Shown one piece after another: positions 9,058 through 17,309 of a stretch of DNA of 64,000 nt. The first letter of the stretch is position 1. Each line of letters opens with the position of its first letter. Source of the DNA: an uncultured Gemmataceae bacterium. Its GTDB lineage: Bacteria > Planctomycetota > Planctomycetia > Gemmatales > Gemmataceae. Both the position numbers and the translations under genes were made by a program. The DNA lies in assembly GCA_963750165.1 (NCBI GenBank), contig CAVVPN010000012.1, positions 224,001-288,000 on the forward strand. The letters run 5' to 3'. A model generated the notes under the pieces. That model saw only the letters and a list, made by a program, of their open reading frames with translations. It did not search any database and was not told the DNA's origin.

Positions 9058-9986
9058 TCTGTCTGGTGACTGGCGCTGCGGGCTTCATCGGCTCCCATCT
9101 GTGCGAGCGCCTGCTGGCCCTCGGCCACGAGGTCCGCGGCCTCGACGCCTTCATCCCCTATTACCCGCGGCCGGTCAAGGAAACCTACCTGAGCGCCGCC
9201 CGGGCCCAGCCGAAATTCAGCTTCCACGAACTCGACCTGCGCCGCGACGCCCTGGGCACGGTCACCGACGGCGTGGACGTGGTTTTTCATCTGGCAGCGA
9301 TGGCCGGCCTGGCGAAGAGCTGGACCGAGTTCGACCTGTACCAGAGCTGCAACCTGACCGCGACGCAGCGGCTGCTGGAGGCGCTGCGCGGCAAGCAATT
9401 AAGCCGTCTGATCTACGCCTCAACCTCGTCGGTCTACGGCCGCTTCAGTTCCGGTGACGAAACGCTGCCGACACGGCCGATCTCGCCCTATGGCGTGACG
9501 AAGCTGGCGTCGGAGAACCTGTGCCGGGCGTTCGCGGAGGAGGTCGGCCTGCCGGTGGTGGTGCTGCGTTACTTCTCCATCTACGGCCCCCGGCAGCGGC
9601 CCGACATGGGCTACTTCAAGTTCATCGACGCGCTGCTCAATACCCGGCCGATCACGGTCTTCGGCGACGGCCTGCAGGCGCGCGGCAACACCTACATCAG
9701 CGACTGCGTGGAGGCGACGGTGCGGGCGGTGGAGGCGCCGGTGCTGGAGACGTACAACGTCGGCGGCGGCGAGGTGGCGAACGTCTGGGAAATCCTGGCG
9801 AAGTTGGAGGCGCTGACCGGCCGCAAGGCGGCCGTGCGCCGCGAGCCGGGCCGGCCAGGCGACCAGCGCTACACCTGCGCCGACACCGCCAAGCTGGGGC
9901 ACCACCTCGGTTGGCGGCCGCGGGTCACGCTCGACGAGGGCCTGGCGCAGCAGATCGCCTGGCAGCGGTCAGGCAGCCCCGGTTAA
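9054..9986 (+). CDS. NAD-dependent nucleotide-sugar epimerase/dehydratase (extended SDR)
   Basis: TGAAGFIG, STSSVYG, YGVTK, RYFSIYGPRQRPDM; ATGA overlap with the upstream stop. Confidence 0.92.
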   Translation: MICLVTGAAGFIGSHLCERLLALGHEVRGLDAFIPYYPRPVKETYLSAARAQPKFSFHELDLRRDALGTVTDGVDVVFHLAAMAGLAKSWTEFDLYQSCNLTATQRLLEALRGKQLSRLIYASTSSVYGRFSSGDETLPTRPISPYGVTKLASENLCRAFAEEVGLPVVVLRYFSIYGPRQRPDMGYFKFIDALLNTRPITVFGDGLQARGNTYISDCVEATVRAVEAPVLETYNVGGGEVANVWEILAKLEALTGRKAAVRREPGRPGDQRYTCADTAKLGHHLGWRPRVTLDEGLAQQIAWQRSGSPG

Positions 9987-10198
9987 GGAGGCCGGCGGAA
10001 GAACTACGTTGCCACCACGGTCGGCGCGGGCTGCTGTCTGGGGGCAGCCCTGGCTCAGACGGCCGGTGCCGAGGACTTGCAAGCCGCCTGCGCGACCTTC
10101 CAGGAGGAGGCGCAAGACGTCTTGGTGTCCGCTTCCCTGGGTGGATACCACCGTGGAAATCACTCGCCCACAATCCTTGACGGCCAGAGTTTTTTCAT

Positions 10199-11518
10199 TC
10201 ACGACACTTTCAATTTGCTTGGCTGCTCGAGCAGCCCCGGTGCCGCCGCGGCCGGCGCGTCGGTGATGATGCGCGGCGCCTGGTGCGGCCCGACTGGTGT
10301 GCAGCCCGGTTCCCACTCCAGTACCTCGATGAACTCGCCGTCCTTGATGCCGGGCTGGCCGTCCTTCAGGCCGCCGATGCGCACGAACACCGGCCACGGT
10401 GTCTGCCGCGCCTCGTCCCAGGTCCATACCGGCTTCCAGTCCGCCGCGGCCCGGTGCGTCCGCCACTCCTCCAGGCGCTGCTTCGCCGTGTCCGGCAGGT
10501 AGGCCGGGTCCAGCTGAAAATTCAGCGCCGCCGTCGGCATCTTCCAGCACTGGTGGTGCTCGCGGCGGACAATATCCACCGCCGCGGTCATGCCCGGCCG
10601 CAGCCGCCACTCGCCGGTGTCCCGGTCGCGCTCGTTGACCACGTCGATGACGGTGGTGTAAAACACCGCCCCCTTGACGTTGGTCGGCACCGGCCGCACT
10701 TCCTTGACGACGCCGTGGAACTTCGCGTCCGGTTCCCAGTAAGCCGACACCGTGAACACCACCCGCTGGCCCCGGCAGACGCGGCCCACGTCGCCCTCAG
10801 CCACGTCCGCGTGGACCTCCATGAGCTTCAGGTCACCGGCCAGCGTGAACAGCGGCCCGGTCTGCGGCCCGACGAACTGGCCCAGCTGCGCCTTGCGCTC
10901 CAGGACGTGGTACAGCCGCTGCGGCGCGCCGCTCGGCGGCGGTCCCGACCGGGCCGGCGGCGCCTTGAGGAGCGTCTGGCCGTGAACCCGGTCGGCCTCG
11001 CGCATCTGCGTCTGGGCCGCCTGCAGCCGGGTCTGGGCGGCCTGAACGCCGGCCTGCGCCGCCCGCAGTTTGGCCTCGGCCTCGTCGCGCTCGGTGCGGA
11101 AGCCCCCGCTCTTTTCCAGGGCGAGCTGGTATTTGAGCGCGATCCGGGCGCCTTCTTCCAGCGCCTCCGCCTGGGCGACCGCCGCCCTGGCGCTGGCGAC
11201 GCCATCGCGGGCCGCGTCCAGTTTGGCCTTCATCGGCCGCGGGTCGAGCCGGGCCAGCAGGCCGTCCTCGGGGATCAGGTCGTTGATCCGCGCGGGCAGT
11301 TCCACGACGACGCCCGGCACCTCACTGCCAACGACGATCAGTTCGCGCGGTTGCAGCGTGCCGGAGGCGCTGACGGTTTCTTGCAGCGTGCCGAATTCCA
11401 CGGTGGCGAAGGTGAGAACGTCTGGCGAGAGTTGCGGCTGCCGCGGCCGGGCGGCCCAGTAAGCGCCGGCCACGACGACGACGCCAAGTACAAGAAGCGT
11501 CACGAGCAGTTTCTTCAC
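10199..11518 (-). CDS. efflux membrane-fusion (HlyD/MacA-like) periplasmic adaptor
   Basis: N-terminal TM, SASGTLQP, VGSEVPG, alpha-hairpin, VAEGDVGRV, LRPGMTA; GTG start inferred. Confidence 0.85.
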   Translation of the reverse strand: MKKLLVTLLVLGVVVVAGAYWAARPRQPQLSPDVLTFATVEFGTLQETVSASGTLQPRELIVVGSEVPGVVVELPARINDLIPEDGLLARLDPRPMKAKLDAARDGVASARAAVAQAEALEEGARIALKYQLALEKSGGFRTERDEAEAKLRAAQAGVQAAQTRLQAAQTQMREADRVHGQTLLKAPPARSGPPPSGAPQRLYHVLERKAQLGQFVGPQTGPLFTLAGDLKLMEVHADVAEGDVGRVCRGQRVVFTVSAYWEPDAKFHGVVKEVRPVPTNVKGAVFYTTVIDVVNERDRDTGEWRLRPGMTAAVDIVRREHHQCWKMPTAALNFQLDPAYLPDTAKQRLEEWRTHRAAADWKPVWTWDEARQTPWPVFVRIGGLKDGQPGIKDGEFIEVLEWEPGCTPVGPHQAPRIITDAPAAAAPGLLEQPSKLKVS

Positions 11519-11723
11519 GGTTCGGCCTGTTCTCGCGGGGATGCCTGGAAGCGTCCGTGCGGCTTCCGTGCGTCCTGCGGTGGAGCGGAGGCTCCGCGAA
11601 CCGGCTCCATCCTGCATTATTCGCAAAATCCCTGCCGTCCTCCAACCGGCAACGCCCTTTTTGCCCGAACTTCCTCCGAGGGAAGTATAGGCCGTCTGGT
11701 GAAGATAGGACAGCTGCAGTGCT

Positions 11724-13321
11724 TCACCCCCGCAGCACCACTTCGATCAGCGCCGGCGCTTCCAGCGCCACTGCCTCGGTCAGCGCCCGCTCGAACGCTG
11801 TGTCGTCCTCCACGCGCCAGCCGCGGACACCGAACGCCTGCGCGAACTGCTGAAAATCCGGGTTGCGCAGGTCCACGCCCAGGTGACGGCCCTGGTAACG
11901 GCGATCCTGGATCGCCTTGATGAGCGTCAGGCTGCCGTCGTTGACGACGATGACGACAAGTGGCAACCGCTCCTGCACGGCGGTCGCCAGCTCCATGCCG
12001 CACATCTGGAAACAGCCGTCGCCCACCACCGCCACGACCGTGCGCCCGGCAGCGCCGCCTTCGCTCCGAGGGCCGCCGGGATGCCGTAGCCCATCGACAC
12101 GTAACCGGCCGGGTGCAGGAACGTGCGCGGCGTGTAGACCGGAAACTCCGCAAGTAGGATGTAGGCAAGGCGGGTGATGTCGGCGACGACGATGGCGTCG
12201 CGTGGCAGCACCCGCCGCAGCGGGCCGACGAGATCCCAGCCCGGCAGCCGCCACGGCTCCGCCGCCGGTTGCGGCCGTGTCCACGGTGCGCGCGGCTCCG
12301 GCGGCAGGGCGTCGAGCAGGTCTTCGAGCGCGGCCCCGGCGTCCGCGACCAGGGCGGCGCGCACGGGGTAGTGGTGGCCGATCTCTCCGGGGTCGATGTC
12401 GATCTGCACCAGGCTGGGCGGCACCCGCAGCGTCCAGCTGCCGGTCGCCGCCTGGGTGAAACGGCAGCCGACCGCCAGCAGACCGTCCGCCGCGCCGAAC
12501 AGCGGCGCGAAGAACCGGCCCATGTCGGTCAGGTCGGACGTGGCCCGGTGCCAGGGCAGCCCGGCCTTGAGCGAGTGGTCCGCTGACAGGGCGGCCTTGC
12601 CGTTGAAGGTGTGGAACACCGGCGCCCCGAGTCGATCCGCCAGCTGGCCGAGCAAGGCCTCGGCTCCGGCGCTGACGACGCCGCCGCCGGCGAGCAACAG
12701 CGGCCGCTTCCAGCCCGCGATGACGCGCACCGCGTCGTCCAGCTGGTCCGGCTTCGGCCGCGGGGCGTAGGTGGTTTTGATGTCCGGCAGCGGGGCCGCG
12801 GGCGCCGCGGCGATCTGCACGTCGAGCGGGAAGTCGAGCAGGACGGTCCCCGGCCGGCCCTGGTACAACTGCTCAAAGGCGGCGTCCACCAGGGGCACGA
12901 TCAGGTCCGGGGCGTCGAGGGGCGCGCACCACTTGGTCAGGGGGGCGCAGGTGGTGCGCTGTTCGTTCTCGTGGTAGTAGCCGGAGCGGAGGCCGTAGTT
13001 GTCATGGCGGATCTGACCGGACACGAGCAGGACGGGAATGGAGTCGGTAAACGCAGTGGCCAGCGGCGTGGCGGCGTTGAGCACGCCAGGGCCGCACACC
13101 GCCAGGCAGACGCCGGCCAGCCCGGTGGCCCGCGCGAAGCCGTCCGCCATGAACGCCGCCGCCTGCTCGTGCCGCGCCAGGTAATGGCGCACCTCCGTCT
13201 GCCGGCTCAGGGCGTCGTAGATCGGCGTCAGCTGGCCGCCGGGATAGCCGAAGACGTGACGGACACCGTGGTCGTACAGCCGCCGCACCAGCAGCTCAGC
13301 GCCGTTCGTTGGCTCAAACAT
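11724..13321 (-). CDS. thiamine-diphosphate-binding enzyme (acetolactate synthase large subunit-like), frameshift near 12045
   Basis: VFGYPGG, RHEQAAAFMADG, SMGYGIPAALGAK in one frame; VGDGCFQM...VNDG TPP motif in another frame. Confidence 0.85.
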
Positions 13322-13341
13322 ATTCCCCCCTCCTTTGGAGG

Positions 13342-13458
13342 AGTCATTAGTCATTAGTCATTAGTCATTAGTTGATAGGGTTGGAGCGCCGGGTGATAAC
13401 CCCGATTTCCGAGCCTGTGAACTAATGACTAATGACTAATGACTAATGACTAATGACT
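13342..13458. repeat. inverted heptamer arrays (AGTCATT)x4 ... (AATGACT)x5
   Basis: Read directly; same unit at 28366-28411. Confidence 0.92.
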
Positions 13459-14294
13459 ACTTCATGTAATCCGCGGGAATCTCCTTGATCGATTTGACCT
13501 GGATGTTGCGGTAGAACACCTCGGCCCCCTCGGACTGGATTTGCAGCTTACCCTTGACGAGAGGCACCTCCTTGCCGCCCACGACCTGCCGCGAATTGGT
13601 CATCACCATGTTGGTATGGCCGTTGACGCGATGCACGCAGGTGCCGCCCAGGCACAGCACTTCAATGGTGTTCCATTCGCCCGTCTTGTGCTCGTAATTC
13701 TTGCTGCGAATGATGCGGCCCTTGACGCCTTTGAACAGCTCGCCGTCCGGGTTCCACGTCAGGCTGTTGCCCTTCTTGGTGGCCTTCACGTCCACGATGC
13801 CGCCCGCGACGCTGTAGTAGTCGCCGCAATCGTTCTCCTGAATCTGACACTCCTGTGAGCGCATCCAGAAGCTGCTCGCCGCCCCCTGCGGTCCGACGCA
13901 GTGGTACAGCAGACCGCTGTCGCGCACCGCCTTCTCGCGCGGCGGCCATTTCTTGGTGCCCCACTTGAACTCCAGCTTGACGTGGTAGTTCTCGAACTCG
14001 CCCTTGCTCGTCAGCGCCTCCGAACGTCTCGCCGGAGATGCGGATGGCCGGCTTGCCGTCCTCCATCACCACGGTGTAGACCTTCTGCGGATCCTTGTTC
14101 AGACCGACGACCTCGGTGCCCTTGAAGGGCTTGCCCAACCAGGTGTCCCAGCCGGCCAGGTCCTTGCCGTTGAACAGCGACTTCCACATCGCGGCACCCT
14201 GGGTCGCCTCGACCGTCGGCGGCAACGCCGGCAGTCCGCCCACGGCCACGGCCGCGGCCAGGCCCAGCGCCCACAGGCGCGATTGCGTCTTCAT
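13457..14294 (-). CDS. DUF1080 (3-keto-disaccharide hydrolase) secreted protein, frameshift near 14017
   Basis: Signal peptide, WKSLFNGKDLAGW; other frame FENYHVKLEFKWG, RDSGLLYH, ECQIQE, WNTIEV, LQIQSEGAEVFYRNI. Confidence 0.85.
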
Positions 14295-14321
14295 GTCCTT
14301 TGCTCCTGAAAGTGATGTTTT

Positions 14322-14357
14322 TGCTCCCCTCGCCCCCTTCCGGGGAGAGGGGGAGCA
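14322..14357. repeat. C-rich/G-rich REP-like hairpin
   Basis: TGCTCCCCTCGCCCCC-TTCC-GGGGAGAGGGGGAGCA; related weaker hairpins near 31606 and 35801. Confidence 0.65.
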
Positions 14358-14363
14358 GGGAAG

Positions 14364-16025
14364 TTACTTCACCGGCGTCCGCCCCTGCAGGAAAACGTGC
14401 GTGCCCTTCTTGTTGCTGACGATGATGTCCAGCAGTCCGTCGCCGTTCATGTCCGCCACGGCGAACGACGTGCCGATGCCCGAATCCTCATCGATGACGT
14501 GCGGCGTGAACAGCACCATGCGGTCCTTGTAGCGCTTGGCCTCGAACCAGTACAGATACGCCGGGTCGTTCGGCCCCGCGTCGCCGCGCGGCCCGTGCGC
14601 CCACCAGCGCCGCCCCGTCACCAGGTCCTTGAGGCCGTCGCCGTTCAGATCAACGCAGTGCAGCGCGTGCGTCTGCGACGGTAGCGAAAACTGCTTGCGA
14701 GTGCCGATCAGGAGCAGCCACCCCTTGCCCTTCACGTGGCTAATCCCCAGTTCCAGGTTCGGCGCCAGCAGTTTCGGGTGCCGCTTCGTCCAGTCTTCCA
14801 GCGTCGCCTTGAACGCTTTTTTTAGGTCAGGCTCCTGGTCGTTGCGGACGACCATTTCGACGTGCCCCCCCAGCGCCATATCGCGCGGCGGTGTGGTGCT
14901 TTCACCGACTCCCCGCTTCAGCTGAGCACGCGCTGCCTCCATCAGCACCGGGTGGACCGCCCACGGCGCCCGCTTCTGTTCCTCACGAACCGCGTTGATC
15001 GCCTTGAGCACTTCCAGCTCTTCCTTGCTCAGGCCGTGATCGGCCCGCAGCTTGGCCACCTCCGCCGGCCTCGGGAACAGCTGTCGCTGCACAAACGTGC
15101 CCGCCTTGGTCTGTTGACTCCACCACATGCCGTAATTGTGGGCACTGGTGCTCACCACGTCCGCCAGGCCGTCGCCGTCGATGTCGTAGGTGTACATGTC
15201 CGCGCAGGCGTCGGTGATCCGCGTGGCGTGGAACTTCCACGGCGAGCCGTCCAGTTTTTCCGGCTGCTCCCACCAGCCCTGCGGCACCAAAATGTCGATG
15301 CGGCCGTCGCCGTTCACGTCGCCGTGGCCCAGCCCGTGCGCGAAGCGCGCGGTGCCCGGCCACGCCTTGCCGGGAGTGCTCGGCCCGCTGATCGACACGC
15401 GCTGCCACGGTTGCGTTGGATCCTTGCCCGGGATGAAATAGCACAGCTCGCCGCGGTCGTCGTAATTGCCCTTCTTGAGATCCTTCGCGTCCTTCTGTGG
15501 GTTCCAGCCCATGACCAGCTGTTTCTTGCCGCTGCGGAACAGGTCGATGAAGATCGGCGTTTCATTGCAGGCGCTGTTGGTCAGCAGGTGCGCCTTCCAC
15601 TTGCCGCCCTTCGCTCCTGGGTTCTCGTACCAGTAACAGGGGTTGCCCGGGAATGGGATGACGATCACGTCCGGGAAGCCGTCGCCGCTCCAGTCGTCGG
15701 CGAAGCAACAGAATGAATCGCTGTACACGTTCAGGTCGAACTTGCGGTCGGCGCGAATGATGTGCCGCTTCCAGTCGCCGCCGCTGTCCTTGGGGGCCTC
15801 GTACCAGCAGTCGCCGACGATGACATCCGGCTTGCCGTCCTTGTTCACGTCGGCGACGCCGACGCCTTCGGAGCGGAAGTTTCTGTCCAGGACGATTTTC
15901 TTCCAGGTGACGGTGATGGCCGGCTTCTGCGGGTTCGATTTCTGGGCCGCACCGGGCTCGGGCAACGCGGCGACCAGGGGGGCGACCAGCAGGAGCGCCG
16001 GCGGCAGCCAGCTACGCCAGTTCAT
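14364..16025 (-). CDS. FG-GAP/VCBS repeat secreted protein with internal CAP-like insert
   Basis: Signal peptide; repeated DxNxDGxxD motifs (DVNKDGKPD, DVNGDGRID, DIDGDGLAD, DLNGDGLKD, DMNGDGLLD). Confidence 0.88.
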   Translation of the reverse strand: MNWRSWLPPALLLVAPLVAALPEPGAAQKSNPQKPAITVTWKKIVLDRNFRSEGVGVADVNKDGKPDVIVGDCWYEAPKDSGGDWKRHIIRADRKFDLNVYSDSFCCFADDWSGDGFPDVIVIPFPGNPCYWYENPGAKGGKWKAHLLTNSACNETPIFIDLFRSGKKQLVMGWNPQKDAKDLKKGNYDDRGELCYFIPGKDPTQPWQRVSISGPSTPGKAWPGTARFAHGLGHGDVNGDGRIDILVPQGWWEQPEKLDGSPWKFHATRITDACADMYTYDIDGDGLADVVSTSAHNYGMWWSQQTKAGTFVQRQLFPRPAEVAKLRADHGLSKEELEVLKAINAVREEQKRAPWAVHPVLMEAARAQLKRGVGESTTPPRDMALGGHVEMVVRNDQEPDLKKAFKATLEDWTKRHPKLLAPNLELGISHVKGKGWLLLIGTRKQFSLPSQTHALHCVDLNGDGLKDLVTGRRWWAHGPRGDAGPNDPAYLYWFEAKRYKDRMVLFTPHVIDEDSGIGTSFAVADMNGDGLLDIIVSNKKGTHVFLQGRTPVK

Positions 16026-16304
16026 GGGGGTGTCCTCGTGGGTGGTGAAGGTCATGCGGACATTCAAGGCCGATTATGCGGCCGCGGCCAGGGGTCTGCA
16101 ACCGTGGACCGGAATTTGCATCAGGAATTCCTCAGCGCGGACGCCGCGACCGGAACCGTCGCCGCCACCGGCCCGCGCGCTGACTTTTGCCTGTAGCACA
16201 GAACCGGTGTAGAATGGTTGGTGAGTAATGGTTTTTGCAAAATTCTCGCGCCGGCGGCAGGATTGGCTCGCGAGATGCGCCATACTATGGCATTGAGGTG
16301 AAAC

Positions 16305-16682
16305 ATGAGCAAACCGCTGATGGATATTGTCCTGCCGCGTCTGGCCCGACCGCTGTACCGGCAACTCGAGCGCTACCGCACCGGCGAACTGGACGACCGC
16401 CAGTTCACGCGGCAATTCGAGGCGCTGTTGCAGCGGCAGCACGTATGGCTGGCGAATCGCGGCATCTCGGCCGTGCGAGCCGCCGTCGCCATACACGCCG
16501 CCGTTTTGGTCCTGAGCCTGCCCGGCCTGCGTGCTGAGTCGGCGGAGGGCAACCTGCCGCTGGAAGTGGTCGAGCACCGCGCCGTGCGCGAGGCGGCAGC
16601 CGACGTGTCGCGCAACTACGGGGTCAACGAGCGCAAACTGACGGACATGATCGCGGCCCTGGTCGCCCGCCACGCCGATTGA
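16305..16682 (+). CDS. hypothetical helical protein
   Basis: GAGGTG RBS, 125 aa, coding-like composition. Confidence 0.7.
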   Translation: MSKPLMDIVLPRLARPLYRQLERYRTGELDDRQFTRQFEALLQRQHVWLANRGISAVRAAVAIHAAVLVLSLPGLRAESAEGNLPLEVVEHRAVREAAADVSRNYGVNERKLTDMIAALVARHAD

Positions 16683-16706
16683 GGTTGGGCGCCTTCTGGT
16701 CGGTTG

Positions 16707-16872
16707 GGTGTGCCACTGCTTGGCCGCCCTTCTTGAACCGAACCGAGGTGTTGGAGATTGCAAGGGGCGGCCAAGCAGTGCGTCCCGCTCCAGGGCTGGC
16801 TCACTGCTTGGCCGCCCCTGGGAGCACCGGGTGAAGGTGAAGCCCTCAAGGGCGGCCAAGCAGTGGCACACC
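16707..16872. repeat. BIME-like cluster: four copies of CACTGCTTGGCCGCCC in alternating orientation
   Basis: Copies near 16714 (+), 16765 (-), 16802 (+), 16850 (-); outer 25-bp arms are a perfect inverted pair. Confidence 0.9.
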
Positions 16873-16915
16873 TTCTATCCTTCCGGGCCGGGGTGCCGGC
16901 GGCGAGCGTAACGCC

Positions 16916-17284
16916 ATGCACATCACCCTGACCGTTACCGTCGGTCCCCACCGCGGCCAGGTGTTCACGTTCACCGAACGTGACACCTTCCTGGTCGGCC
17001 GCTCCCGCTATGCGCACTTCCGGTTGCTCGACAAGGACAAATATTTTTCGCGCATCCACTTCCTGATGGAGATCGACCCGCCGCGCTGCAAACTGGTGGA
17101 TCTGCGCAGCCGCAATGGCACGTTCGTCAACGGCCAGCGGGCCCATGTGTTGGAATTGAAGGACGGCGATCAGATCCAGGCGGGACACACCGTCCTGCGC
17201 CTGGCGGTCCACGCCGATGAGGAACCGGGCTCGGCGAGCGGGGGGCGTCAGTCCCCTGTTGCTGGAGAACCAACCGGGGGCTGA
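16916..17284 (+). CDS. FHA domain protein ending inside a palindromic repeat
   Basis: LVGRS, FSRIH, DLRSRNGTFVNG, LKDGDQIQAG. Confidence 0.88.
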   Translation: MHITLTVTVGPHRGQVFTFTERDTFLVGRSRYAHFRLLDKDKYFSRIHFLMEIDPPRCKLVDLRSRNGTFVNGQRAHVLELKDGDQIQAGHTVLRLAVHADEEPGSASGGRQSPVAGEPTGG

Positions 17285-17299
17285 CGCCCCCGCTCGCCG
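17232..17299. repeat. REP-like palindrome (GGCGAGCGGGG..CGTCAG family)
   Basis: About 29-bp arms; same family as 33176-33250. Confidence 0.85.
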
Positions 17300-17309
17300 G
17301 GGCTGTGCG

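Noticed and set aside
16707..16872. Possible CRISPR array
   Set aside because: Units are 16 bp and alternate in orientation; no cas genes are present.
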